From Candidatus Pampinifervens sinense (GTDB lineage Bacteria > Aquificota > Aquificia > Aquificales > Aquificaceae): 50,150 nt of DNA. Both the position numbers and the translations under genes were made by a program. The notes below the pieces were generated by a model. The model was not told the origin of the DNA and ran no database searches. It saw nothing but the letters and a program-made list of their open reading frames with translations. Shown piece after piece: positions 20,184 to 29,778 of the stretch (position 1 is the first letter of the stretch; every line of letters begins with the position of its first letter). The DNA lies in the NCBI GenBank assembly GCA_037927135.1, contig JAXSPP010000010.1:1-50150 (forward strand), written 5' to 3'.

Positions 20184-20579
20184 ATGGGTTTTCCCCAAAA
20201 TATAAGGATTTTAGTGGTTGATGATATGGCTACAATGAGGAAGATTATTAAGAGCTTATTAACTCAGCTTGGCTACCCAAATGTGGATGAAGCGGAAAAC
20301 GGTAAGGAGGCTCTTTTAAAACTTAGGCAGTCTAAGTATGATTTGGTGTTGCTAGACTGGAATATGCCGGAGATGGATGGTATAACACTTTTGCAAGAGA
20401 TCAGAAAGGACCCCAGTCTTAAGGACATTCCTGTTATAATGGTAACTGCGGAAGCCAAGAAGGAAAATGTATTACAGGCCATACAAGCAGGAGCTAACAA
20501 CTACATAGTCAAACCCTTTACCGCGGAAGTGCTTAAAGAAAAGCTTGATAAGGTATGGAAACAAATAAGCGAACGGTAG
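20184..20579 (+). CDS. cheY: Chemotaxis response regulator CheY
   Basis: VVDDMATMRKI, LDWNMPEMDG, VTAEA, YIVKPFT; start at ATG 20184 after GGAGGA. Confidence 0.95.
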   Translation: MGFPQNIRILVVDDMATMRKIIKSLLTQLGYPNVDEAENGKEALLKLRQSKYDLVLLDWNMPEMDGITLLQEIRKDPSLKDIPVIMVTAEAKKENVLQAIQAGANNYIVKPFTAEVLKEKLDKVWKQISER

Positions 20580-20598
20580 ATAGTTTATACTTTACTCT

Positions 20599-21786
20599 AT
20601 GAGAATAATCCTCTTTTCTGGAAAGGGTGGCGTTGGAAAGACTACCATTTCTGCAGCAACGGCCTATAGGCTCTCTAGCATTGGCTACAAAACCATAGTT
20701 GTCTCCCTTGACCCAGCCCATAGTCTAGGAGACGCCTTTGACCTTCCAGAGGAGGAAAAGATAAGGGCAAAGGGATTGCCCATAAAGATCTCAGAAAAGC
20801 TATACATTCAAGAGATAGACATACAGGAGGAAGTGGATAGATACTGGGGAGATGTGTACAGGTTTTTGGAGCTTCTCTTTAACACCACAGGCCTTGACCA
20901 GGTGGTTTCCGAAGAGCTTGCCATACTTCCAGGTATGGAAGAGGTCACAAGCCTTCTTTATGTGAATAAATACTACAGGGAGGGTGAGTTTGATGTGCTT
21001 GTGCTTGACCTTCCACCTACCGGTGAGTCCCTCAGGTTTGTTTCCATGCCTACAGTCCTAAAGTGGTATATGAGGAAGATATTCAATGTGGAAAGGAATA
21101 TAATGAAGATAGCAAGGCCTGTGGCAAGGAGGCTCACCGACGTTCCCCTGCCCGATGATGAGTACTTTAAGGCCCTTGAGAACTTTTATGAGAGGCTAAA
21201 GGGGGTAGATGAAATACTTGTGGATCCAGAGATAACCTCTGTTAGGATAGTGGCCAATCCAGAAAAGATGGTTTTAAAGGAAAGTCAGAGGGCCTTTTTG
21301 TATTTTAACCTCTTTGGTGTTAACGTGGATGCGGTCATAGTCAATAAGGTGTTGCCTCCCACCGTTGAAGGTTGTGAACACTTTTCCAAATGGTTGCTCA
21401 CGCAAAGGAGACATATAGAGGATATAAGTGCCCTTTTTTATCCTGTTCCAGTCTTTACAGTGCCCCTTATGGAGGATGAGGTGGTAGGCCTAGAGAGGTT
21501 AAACATGCTATCTTATCTTATATATGGCGATGCAGATCCTATAAAGGTCTTTCATAAGGAAAAGCCCTTTGAGTTTTTGGAAGAAGATGGGTCCTATGTG
21601 GTAAAGCTTAAGGCACCTTTCCTTACCAAAGAGGGCCTATCTGTTCTAAAGAGTGAAGGTGAAATTGTGATAAGATGGAGAAACTTCAAGAGCCATGTGA
21701 TGCTACCAAGAAAGTTAAGGGATTATGAACCAAAGGGTGCAAAGATAGAAGGGGGCTACCTAAAGATATTTCTATCAAAGGTTTGA
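20599..21786 (+). CDS. ArsA/GET3-family ATPase with C-terminal HSP20/alpha-crystallin-like domain
   Basis: SGKGGVGKTT, DPAHSL, PGMEE, DLPPTG, C-terminal beta-rich ...GAKIEGGYLKIF. Confidence 0.88.
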   Translation: MRIILFSGKGGVGKTTISAATAYRLSSIGYKTIVVSLDPAHSLGDAFDLPEEEKIRAKGLPIKISEKLYIQEIDIQEEVDRYWGDVYRFLELLFNTTGLDQVVSEELAILPGMEEVTSLLYVNKYYREGEFDVLVLDLPPTGESLRFVSMPTVLKWYMRKIFNVERNIMKIARPVARRLTDVPLPDDEYFKALENFYERLKGVDEILVDPEITSVRIVANPEKMVLKESQRAFLYFNLFGVNVDAVIVNKVLPPTVEGCEHFSKWLLTQRRHIEDISALFYPVPVFTVPLMEDEVVGLERLNMLSYLIYGDADPIKVFHKEKPFEFLEEDGSYVVKLKAPFLTKEGLSVLKSEGEIVIRWRNFKSHVMLPRKLRDYEPKGAKIEGGYLKIFLSKV

Positions 21787-22461
21787 GAGCAAAGCTTTTA
21801 TCCTCTTTAGGTCCTCCACAAACTCCTTTTCTGCGCTTGGGTTCCTAAGTATGTAGGCTGGATGGTAGGTGAGGAATACCTTTATCTTTCTGTTGTAGGG
21901 ATAGTCAAAGATCTGACCGCGGTATTTTGTAATAGGTAGGCTTTTGCCCAGGATGCCCTCAAGGGCGGTAGAACCCAGACAAACTATAAGCTTTGGGTTT
22001 ATTATCTCTATCTCCTTCTTGAGATAGGGAAGGCAACTTTGCATCTCTTTAGGTGTTGGCTTTCTATTGCCAGGTGGCCTAGATTTTACCACATTTGTGA
22101 TGTAAACCTCCTCTCTTTTTAGTCCAACCTCTTCAAGCTTTTGATTTAGATACCTTCCTGCCCTTCCAACGAAGGGGCGCTTTAGCTGATCTTCTTCCTC
22201 TCCTGGTGCCTCACCGACAAAGACTACTGGTGAGTATGGGTTTCCCTCACCGAAAACATAACCGCTTGCACCTTCATAAAGGATGCATGTCCTTTCCTTC
22301 TCAAGCCTTCTGTAGAGCTCCTCAAGCAACTTTCCTTTATCTTCCTTAGGGGGTTCTTCTACAGCAGTTTTTGTAGTTTCAGCCTTTGGAGATTCTTCAA
22401 GGTATAGCACATCAAAGCCTATCTCGGATAGGGCTATAAGGGTAGCCTGTATCCTCTTCAT
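21775..22461 (-). CDS. Uracil-DNA glycosylase family 4
   Basis: VGEAPG, PFVGRAG, YITNVVK, TYHPAY. Confidence 0.92.
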   Translation of the reverse strand: MKRIQATLIALSEIGFDVLYLEESPKAETTKTAVEEPPKEDKGKLLEELYRRLEKERTCILYEGASGYVFGEGNPYSPVVFVGEAPGEEEDQLKRPFVGRAGRYLNQKLEEVGLKREEVYITNVVKSRPPGNRKPTPKEMQSCLPYLKKEIEIINPKLIVCLGSTALEGILGKSLPITKYRGQIFDYPYNRKIKVFLTYHPAYILRNPSAEKEFVEDLKRIKALLSNL

Positions 22462-23729
22462 ACTCTAAGGGCTTTTCTATACCTTTCCCATTCCTCTGGA
22501 AACTTTTGCATAGCCTGCCTTATGAGCCTTCCTGCCACAGCACCAAGACCGCATATGGATGTGGGCTGTATATGGGAGTTTACAAAATCAAACCCTTCCC
22601 AATCCCTTTCAGTGGCCTTTCCATCTATTAGCTTCTTAAGTAGGTTTGCCTGTTCGTATGTGCCAACTCTACATGGTGTGCATTGACCACAGCTCTCATG
22701 AGCGTAAAACTCTGCTACCCAAAGGCAAGCCTGAACTATATCATCGTCCTCGGTGAGTACTATTACCGTTCCCGTTCCTCCAAAGCCAAAGGGTGAGTAG
22801 TCCATAGGTGTGTCCAGCTCATCGGCAGAAAAGCAATCTAAAGCTCCAGAGAAGACAGCTTTTACCTTTTTGTTTCCTACAGTGCCACCAGCATACTTGA
22901 ATATAACCTCCCTTAAGGTAGTGTTCATGGGAAGTTCATATACACCTGGCTTTTTAACCTTTCCGCTAACCGGGAAAAGCTTGGGACCAGGGTAATCGCT
23001 TGGACCTATATACCTGTATTCTTCCCAGCCCATGCCGACTATTAAGGGTATATTACACAGAGTTTCTACATTGTTTACTACCGTTGGCCTGCCAAAGAGG
23101 CCATACTGTACAGGATAGGGAGGTTTTATCCTTGGAAAGCCTCTCTTACCCTCAAGGGACTCTATAAGGGCGCTTTCTTCTCCGCATATGTAAGCACCCG
23201 CACCCCTTGCCACATATATTTCAAGGTCAAATCCCGAACCTAAAATGTTCTTGCCCAAAAAGCCCTTCCTTTTTGCCTCCTCTATAGCATCCCTAAGTAT
23301 ATAATAGCCCGCAGGATACTCACCCCGTATGTATATAAAAGCCTCATTTGCTCCTATGGCATAGGCTGAGATTATGATGCCTTCTATAAGAAGATGAGGA
23401 TCCCTTTCTATGAGCACCCTGTCTTTGAAGGTGCCAGGCTCTGACTCATCGGCGTTGCATATGAGATACCTCGGAGCTGGATTCTGCACCGCAAACTTCC
23501 ACTTTTTACCAGTGGGAAAGCCTGCACCACCTCTACCTCTCAGCTGGCTTTTATCCACCCATTCTATTATCTCCATAGGGTCCATGCTTAAAGCCTTTTC
23601 CAAGGCTTGATAGCCACCATCCCTTATGTAATCTTCTATGGTGTGTACTTTGGGCTTTTTGGCCCTCTTCAAAAGGAGGTTGAGCGTTGTCTCTGCGTAT
23701 ATGTTAGGTGTAACGGGATAAGATCTCAT
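22458..23729 (-). CDS. nuoF: NADH-quinone oxidoreductase subunit F
   Basis: LRGRGGAGFPTG, NADESEPGT, GAYICGEE, SCGQCTPCR...C. Confidence 0.95.
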   Translation of the reverse strand: MRSYPVTPNIYAETTLNLLLKRAKKPKVHTIEDYIRDGGYQALEKALSMDPMEIIEWVDKSQLRGRGGAGFPTGKKWKFAVQNPAPRYLICNADESEPGTFKDRVLIERDPHLLIEGIIISAYAIGANEAFIYIRGEYPAGYYILRDAIEEAKRKGFLGKNILGSGFDLEIYVARGAGAYICGEESALIESLEGKRGFPRIKPPYPVQYGLFGRPTVVNNVETLCNIPLIVGMGWEEYRYIGPSDYPGPKLFPVSGKVKKPGVYELPMNTTLREVIFKYAGGTVGNKKVKAVFSGALDCFSADELDTPMDYSPFGFGGTGTVIVLTEDDDIVQACLWVAEFYAHESCGQCTPCRVGTYEQANLLKKLIDGKATERDWEGFDFVNSHIQPTSICGLGAVAGRLIRQAMQKFPEEWERYRKALRV

Positions 23730-24174
23730 TTAACTTCTCCTTGGACTCAAATTTATAAGTATCGTTGTCTATCATAAAGCATGGGGCTTCTGAGCATGCC
23801 CCAATGCATTGCACACCTATAAGCTTAAACCTTCCATCCTCTGTAGTTTCACCCAATGAAATCCCAAGAAGATCCTTTATAGCACCTATTACTTTCTGCG
23901 AACCCATGAGGTTGCAAACTATGCTTACACACACCCTTATCCTATGTCTTGCAGGCTCTCCTCTATCAAACATATCATAAAAAGACACCACATTCTCCAC
24001 GTGGCTTAGTGGCAGGTCAAGCACTTTGGCCACCTCTTCAAGGGCAAAGGGTGGTATGTGTCCATAGTAGTCTTGAACTTCATGAAGACAAAGCAGGATT
24101 GCTTGCTCCTTCCTTGGGAAGTATTCAGCATGCTCCCTAAGCTTTTTCAAAAGGTCCTCTGGCAACATAGCCAT
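23704..24174 (-). CDS. nuoE: NADH-quinone oxidoreductase subunit E
   Basis: VSFYDMF, CVSIVC...CIGAC 2Fe-2S ligands. Confidence 0.93.
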   Translation of the reverse strand: MAMLPEDLLKKLREHAEYFPRKEQAILLCLHEVQDYYGHIPPFALEEVAKVLDLPLSHVENVVSFYDMFDRGEPARHRIRVCVSIVCNLMGSQKVIGAIKDLLGISLGETTEDGRFKLIGVQCIGACSEAPCFMIDNDTYKFESKEKLNEILSRYT

Positions 24175-25016
24175 TAGCTTACCACCTCATCACTAAAAAT
24201 TGTATGAGGCATATCAGCCTTTATTATACCCCTTTCTATACCTAATTTTAGCATAAGTCTTACAGCTTCTCTCCCATCCTCACCATAATCCAACGTCCTA
24301 TGGTTCACATACATGCTTACAAATCTTTGTGTCCTCTCCCAGTCATCCTTTATATCCCTCGCATACCTCCTTGCAAACTCCAATGCCTCTTCTCTGTGCT
24401 CAAGGGCATACCTGATGCTCTCCCTCATAAGCCTTTCTATCTTCCTTATGTTTTCAAGGCCAAGGTCCTTTCTTACCACATTGCATCCCAAGGGTAAGGG
24501 CAGGCCCCTTTCCTCTTTCCACCACCGACCAAGATCTACAACCTTTTTTAGACCTCTGTCTACATAACTTAGCTGTCCTTCATGGATCACAAGCCCTGCA
24601 TCCACTTGACCTTTTTCTACGGCATCAAGGATCTTATCAAAGGGCATCACCACCTCCTCAAAGTCTGGCTCATAAAGCTTTAAAACAAGGAAGGCTGTGG
24701 TCAATTTACCTGGCACACCTATCCTTTTTCCCTTAAGGCTACTTAGCTCCTCCCTTGATACCACTATGGGGCCATAGCCTTCACCTACACTTCCACCGCT
24801 TGGAAGCACCCAGTACTTATCTGCCACATAAGGGTAGGCATGGAAAGAAATGGCGGAGACTTCATAGGTGCCCTTTAGGGCTTCCCTGTTTAGGGTCTCA
24901 ATGTCTGCAAGCACATGCTCTACCTGAAAGCCATCGGTGTCTATCTTTCCAGCGGTCAAGGCATAAAACATAAAGGCATCGTCCGAATCTGGGCTATGGG
25001 CTATCCTTATCCTCAT
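24174..25016 (-). CDS. mqnD: 1,4-dihydroxy-6-naphthoate synthase (futalosine menaquinone pathway)
   Basis: HSPDSDDAFMF, GYGP, IHEGQ, LPLPLG, MYVN. Confidence 0.88.
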   Translation of the reverse strand: MRIRIAHSPDSDDAFMFYALTAGKIDTDGFQVEHVLADIETLNREALKGTYEVSAISFHAYPYVADKYWVLPSGGSVGEGYGPIVVSREELSSLKGKRIGVPGKLTTAFLVLKLYEPDFEEVVMPFDKILDAVEKGQVDAGLVIHEGQLSYVDRGLKKVVDLGRWWKEERGLPLPLGCNVVRKDLGLENIRKIERLMRESIRYALEHREEALEFARRYARDIKDDWERTQRFVSMYVNHRTLDYGEDGREAVRLMLKLGIERGIIKADMPHTIFSDEVVS

Positions 25017-25986
25017 GCCTTCTCCCCTTAAAGAGTTCTGGAAGCTTCAAAAGGTAAGCATATATCCTCTTCCACTTTGACCATTCCATAGCGGGAATGA
25101 CAGCCCCATAGACCTTTCCTCCTGGAAGATCCTTTGACACACCCGCCTTTGCAGATACTACCGCTCCATCTCCTATCTCCACATGATCTGCCACACCCAC
25201 TTGACCAGCCAGGATAACACCTTTGCCAGTCTTTACACTGCCGGAGAGCCCAACTTGTGAAACTATAATATTCCTTTCTCCTACAAGGCAGTTGTGGCCT
25301 ATCTGCACAAGGTTGTCTATCTTGGTTTGCCTACCTATCCTTGTTTCGTCTATTAGGGCCCTGTCTATACATGTGTTTGCACCAACCTCCACAAAGTCTT
25401 CAATAACAACCTTACCTATATGGTTTAGTTTAAAAACCCCCTCTTCACCTATATAGTAGCCAAAGCCATCCGCCCCTATAACAGAACCGCTGTGTATCCT
25501 CACCCCTTCACCTATGTAGCATCCAGGATATACATGCACACCACTAAAGAGAACACTGTTTTTCCCAATCCTTACCCCTTCACCTATATAGCAGAAAGGA
25601 TAGACCTTTACCCCATCTTCCAAAACGGCCCCCCTTCCAACATACACAAAAGGCCCTACATAAACATCCTTGCCTATATAGACATCCTCTTCCACATGGG
25701 CCTTTTCCGATACGCCAGAAGGATGCCTTTCTGGATATAAAAAGCTTAGAAACTTTGCCAGGGCATACTTCACATCCTTTACCTTAATATAGTTTGGAAA
25801 GTCCACTTTTTGAGAGACCACCAAAGCTACCTTCATACCCTTTAAGCTTTCCAACTTCTTCACATCCTGGAGGAAGATCACGCTCTTTTCCTTAGGCTTT
25901 TCTGGAGAGGAAAGGCCTATAACTTCAAAGTGCTCATCTCCATATAGCTCACCCTCAATAAGCTCAGCCAATTCCCTCAACTTCAT
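24994..25986 (-). CDS. lpxD: UDP-3-O-acylglucosamine N-acyltransferase
   Basis: Hexapeptide repeats, GADGFG, IDNLVQIGHN. Confidence 0.95.
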   Translation of the reverse strand: MKLRELAELIEGELYGDEHFEVIGLSSPEKPKEKSVIFLQDVKKLESLKGMKVALVVSQKVDFPNYIKVKDVKYALAKFLSFLYPERHPSGVSEKAHVEEDVYIGKDVYVGPFVYVGRGAVLEDGVKVYPFCYIGEGVRIGKNSVLFSGVHVYPGCYIGEGVRIHSGSVIGADGFGYYIGEEGVFKLNHIGKVVIEDFVEVGANTCIDRALIDETRIGRQTKIDNLVQIGHNCLVGERNIIVSQVGLSGSVKTGKGVILAGQVGVADHVEIGDGAVVSAKAGVSKDLPGGKVYGAVIPAMEWSKWKRIYAYLLKLPELFKGRRHEDKDSP

Positions 25987-26468
25987 TTCTGTTGATCAAG
26001 CCTCTGGATTACCTCCTTAGTTATGTCCATCTCAGGGCTTATGTATACAAGGGCTCCACAGTCAAAAATGCCACTAAAACCATGAGCCTTTGCCAACTCT
26101 TGAGAAATCCTTCTTACCCTCTCCAGTATCTCCTGCTCCATCTGACTCTTAGTTTCAGCTATATCCCTTTGAGCTTTTTGTTGGAGCTCAAGCCCCTCAG
26201 CTTCTACCTTTTGATACTCCTTTATCTTCTGTTCTCTCACATTTTGGGCCAACCCCTTACTCTCTATCTGCCTCTTTAATTCCTCCAGCCTTTTCCCTAT
26301 CTGTTCAAGCTTTTTTTGATACTCCTGAGCCTTTTCCCTCAGCTGGCTCTCCTTCTGTTTGACATACTGAGATTCCGCAGTTATCCTGTTTGTATCCACG
26401 CATGCAAACTTCTGCTGGGCATGGCCTACAGCTGAAAGTAAAACTAGGGCTAAGAAGAGTTTTTTCAT
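25983..26468 (-). CDS. skp: Periplasmic chaperone Skp/OmpH
   Basis: Signal peptide, long coiled coil, DITKEVI C-terminus, upstream of lpxD. Confidence 0.85.
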   Translation of the reverse strand: MKKLFLALVLLSAVGHAQQKFACVDTNRITAESQYVKQKESQLREKAQEYQKKLEQIGKRLEELKRQIESKGLAQNVREQKIKEYQKVEAEGLELQQKAQRDIAETKSQMEQEILERVRRISQELAKAHGFSGIFDCGALVYISPEMDITKEVIQRLDQQK

Positions 26469-26488
26469 AGCTCTATCTCCTCCTTTTT

Positions 26489-27727
26489 TTATACAGCCTC
26501 CTTCATCACATATATGGGCTTTATCTTCCTCCTTACCACTTCACCGTCCACTATGACCTTCCTTATACCCCTAAGGGAGGGAAGTTCAAACATCACATCC
26601 AACATAAGCTCTTCCATTATAGCTCTTAGGCCTCTCGCTCCCGTTTTTCTCCTTATGGCCTCCCTCGCTATCTCTACAAGGGCATCTTCGGTAACTTCAA
26701 GCTCCACACCTTCCATCTCAAAAAGCTTTTTATACTGCTTTACAAGGGCGTTTTTAGGTTCTACTAGGACCCTTACAAGATCCTCTTCGGTGAGCTCATC
26801 AAGGACCGCTATAACTGGAAGCCTCCCTACAAACTCTGGAATGAGACCAAAGTGTATTAAATCATCTACCTCTACAAGGTGGAGTGGGTTTTCTCTTCCG
26901 TCAAACTTCTTTATCTGTGCTTCAAAGCCCACTACAGACTTGCCAAGCCTGCGTTTTATGATGTCTTCTAAGCCTACAAAGGCCCCACCGCATATGAAGA
27001 GTATGTCTGTAGTATCCACCTGAATAAACTCTTGGTGTGGGTGTTTTCTACCACCTTGAGGTGGCACATTGGCTATCGTGCCTTCCAGTATCTTCAATAG
27101 AGCCTGTTGAACACCTTCTCCAGAGACATCGCGGGTGATGGAAGGGTTTATACCGGTCTTTTTGGCTATCTTGTCTATCTCGTCTATGTACACTATCCCC
27201 TTTTGAGCAGCCTTTACATCGTACCCACAGTTCTGTAGCAGTCTTACCAACACATTCTCCACATCCTCACCTACATAGCCCGCCTCTGTAAGGGAAGTGG
27301 CATCAGCTATGGCAAAGGGCACATCAAGTATCTTTGCGAGCGTTCTAGCTAAAAGGGTTTTACCAGATCCCGTAGGACCTATAAGGAGTATATTGCTCTT
27401 TTCTATCTCCACATCCCCTAGGCTAAGACCCAATTCCTTTGCCCTTATCCTCTTATAATGGTTGTAGACGGCCACAGAAAGGATCTTCTTTGCCCTCTCC
27501 TGCCCTATCACATACTGATCAAGCTCCCTCTTTATCTCTTCAGGTGTGGGAATTTCCTTTATAAAACTTTGGTTTATCTGTTTTTTATGCTCCCTGATTA
27601 TTAGGTTGCATGCCTCTACACATCTGTCGCATATGTACGTATCGTTTGGCCCCGCTATTAAGATCAAAACTTCACTTTGAGACCTTCCGCAAAAAGAACA
27701 ATAGTTTTCCTGCTTTTTCTTTACCAT
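26489..27727 (-). CDS. clpX: ATP-dependent Clp protease ATPase ClpX
   Basis: CSFC...CxxC Zn finger, [22 protein letters not shown] loop. Confidence 0.98.
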   Translation of the reverse strand: MVKKKQENYCSFCGRSQSEVLILIAGPNDTYICDRCVEACNLIIREHKKQINQSFIKEIPTPEEIKRELDQYVIGQERAKKILSVAVYNHYKRIRAKELGLSLGDVEIEKSNILLIGPTGSGKTLLARTLAKILDVPFAIADATSLTEAGYVGEDVENVLVRLLQNCGYDVKAAQKGIVYIDEIDKIAKKTGINPSITRDVSGEGVQQALLKILEGTIANVPPQGGRKHPHQEFIQVDTTDILFICGGAFVGLEDIIKRRLGKSVVGFEAQIKKFDGRENPLHLVEVDDLIHFGLIPEFVGRLPVIAVLDELTEEDLVRVLVEPKNALVKQYKKLFEMEGVELEVTEDALVEIAREAIRRKTGARGLRAIMEELMLDVMFELPSLRGIRKVIVDGEVVRRKIKPIYVMKEAV

Positions 27728-27728
27728 T

Positions 27729-28325
27729 CTAGCTCCTTTTTTCTATCACCTTATCCACTATACCATACTCCATAGCCTCATATGGGGACATAAAGTAGTC
27801 TCTCTCCACATCCCTCTCTATCTTCTCCAAGGGTTGTCCTGTGTGCTTTGCCAATATCTCGTTTAGCATATTCTTTATCCTCTTTATCTCTTCAGCATGT
27901 ATGATTATATCCGTTGCCTGACCGGTAATACCACCTATAGGCTGGTGTATCATGATCCTTGAGTGGGGAAGGGCATACCTTTTACCTTTTGCACCAGCCG
28001 CAAGCAAGACTGCAGCCATAGAGGCCGCTTGACCTAGGCATATGGTTACCACATCTGGCTTGATGTACTGCATGGTATCGTATATGGCCATACCGGCTGT
28101 AACGGATCCGCCTGGTGAATTTATGTAGAGGTATATATCCTTATCTGGATCCTGGGCTTCAAGGAAGAGAAGCTGGGCTACTATGAGGTTTGCCACATGA
28201 TCGTCAATGGGAAAGCCAAGAAGGACTATCCTGTCTTGAAGAAGCCTTGAGTATATGTCATAGGCCCTCTCGCCCCTAGGAGTCTGTTCTATAACTATGG
28301 GCACAAGCTGGTCAAGTATTCTCAT
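27729..28325 (-). CDS. clpP: Clp protease proteolytic subunit
   Basis: [26 protein letters not shown]. Confidence 0.98.
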   Translation of the reverse strand: MRILDQLVPIVIEQTPRGERAYDIYSRLLQDRIVLLGFPIDDHVANLIVAQLLFLEAQDPDKDIYLYINSPGGSVTAGMAIYDTMQYIKPDVVTICLGQAASMAAVLLAAGAKGKRYALPHSRIMIHQPIGGITGQATDIIIHAEEIKRIKNMLNEILAKHTGQPLEKIERDVERDYFMSPYEAMEYGIVDKVIEKRS

Positions 28326-29601
28326 CCCTTTCCTCCTTCTCCTTCTCCTTTATTGAAGCCTTAGATATTATCCTCTCAAAGGCCTTCTCCCTTCTTATAT
28401 CTTCTTCAAGCACAGACATAAGGCCTTCCTTTTCTAGAAACTCTTTCATCTCTTCTACAGTCTTTCCATAAGTCTTTGCAAGTTCCTCTATCTTCCTTTC
28501 TATCTCTTGAGGCTCTACAGTTATATTCTCTTTCTGTGCGTATTTGTCAAGGATATACCTGAGCTTTATGTTGGCAATGGCTTGAGGAGCAAGCTCTTGA
28601 GCCATAGACCTATAATCAAGATACCTTACATCAATGCCTAACTGTGCAAGCTGGGAGGCCCTATTTTGAATAAGGTGGGAAAGTTCCCTTTGAAGTAGTG
28701 TCTGTGGCACATCAAACTGATGCATCTCTATAAGCTTTTTAGCTACAGCATTCTCTATAATACTCTTTCTAAGTCTTTCTAGCTGTTCTTTTATATCCTG
28801 CTTTATCTTTTCTTCTGCCTCCGCCCATGTTTCACCCAGTCCGATCTCTTTGGCAAACTCATCGCTGAGCTCTGGAAGCACCTTCTCCTTCACCCCTTTT
28901 ATCCTTATCTCCACCTTTGCCTTGCCGGCGGGCTTGCCCTCCATATCGTAAAGAGTTAGCTCTTCCAAAGTGAAGCTGTCCCCCTCCTTTTTACCTATAA
29001 GCTCCCTTTCTATCTCCTCCCTAAACATCCTTGAACCCACAACGGCAGATGTTTCACCTTCCGTAGTCTCACCTTCCTCTAGGTCCTCCACCTTGTATTC
29101 TATAATCACAAGGTCTCCTTCCTTTACCTCTCTTTCCACAGGCTCCCAAAGGGCATGTTCCTCCCTTATCTCCTCTATCCTCCTTTTTACCAGGTCCTCA
29201 TTGAACTCTACCTTTTCAATTTCCACTTCAAGGCCTTCCAGATCTGCCAGCTCAAAGTCTGGTGGTACCTCAAAGGAAATACTGTAGCTTACCCTTTGGT
29301 CTTTCTCTTGCAGGTCCACCTCTTCAAGGTAAATGTCTGCTACAGGTCTTAGGCCACTCTCTTGTATAGCCTCCGTTAAGGTGGCATTGGCCACCCTTTT
29401 CCCTACTTCCTCCCTTATATAGTCTTTAAACCTTGCCTTTATTATCCAAAGGGGAACCTTACCCCTTCTAAAGCCCTCTATCTCCACATTCTGCCTGAGG
29501 TATTCATACACCTCATCAAGGGCAGACTTTACTATATCTCCTTCCACTTCCACCTTTAAACTCTTAAACAATCCTTGCCTGTCTTCTACGCTTACCTTCA
29601 T
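28312..29601 (-). CDS. tig: Trigger factor
   Basis: GFRRGKVP ribosome-binding signature; tig-clpP-clpX order. Confidence 0.95.
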   Translation of the reverse strand: MKVSVEDRQGLFKSLKVEVEGDIVKSALDEVYEYLRQNVEIEGFRRGKVPLWIIKARFKDYIREEVGKRVANATLTEAIQESGLRPVADIYLEEVDLQEKDQRVSYSISFEVPPDFELADLEGLEVEIEKVEFNEDLVKRRIEEIREEHALWEPVEREVKEGDLVIIEYKVEDLEEGETTEGETSAVVGSRMFREEIERELIGKKEGDSFTLEELTLYDMEGKPAGKAKVEIRIKGVKEKVLPELSDEFAKEIGLGETWAEAEEKIKQDIKEQLERLRKSIIENAVAKKLIEMHQFDVPQTLLQRELSHLIQNRASQLAQLGIDVRYLDYRSMAQELAPQAIANIKLRYILDKYAQKENITVEPQEIERKIEELAKTYGKTVEEMKEFLEKEGLMSVLEEDIRREKAFERIISKASIKEKEKEERDENT

Positions 29602-29621
29602 ATGGTCTAAACCTCCTTTTT

Positions 29622-29708
29622 TGGTGCGGGTGGAGGGAGTCGAACCCTCACGGGCAAATGCCCACAGGATCCTAAGTCCTGCGCGTCTGCCAGTTCCGCC
29701 ACACCCGC
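29622..29708 (-). tRNA. tRNA-Leu (anticodon TAG), CCA encoded
   Basis: GCGGGTG acceptor stem, anticodon arm CAGGA-CTTAGGA-TCCTG, long variable arm, GTTCGACTC T-loop, 3' ACCA. Confidence 0.97.
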
Positions 29709-29778
29709 TAGAATAAAAAAATTATACCCTGTTTTACATCAGCTCAACCCCTCCAAAACCTCCTATATTTACTTAGCT

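Noticed and set aside
20599..21786. Arsenic-resistance ArsA call
   Set aside because: Single ATPase domain with HSP20-like tail and no ars operon partners
25100..25720. Periodic repeats in lpxD
   Set aside because: Ordinary hexapeptide left-handed beta-helix repeats
29622..29708. tRNA-Leu as an island integration site
   Set aside because: No integrase and no duplicated tRNA 3' end seen; tig follows directly
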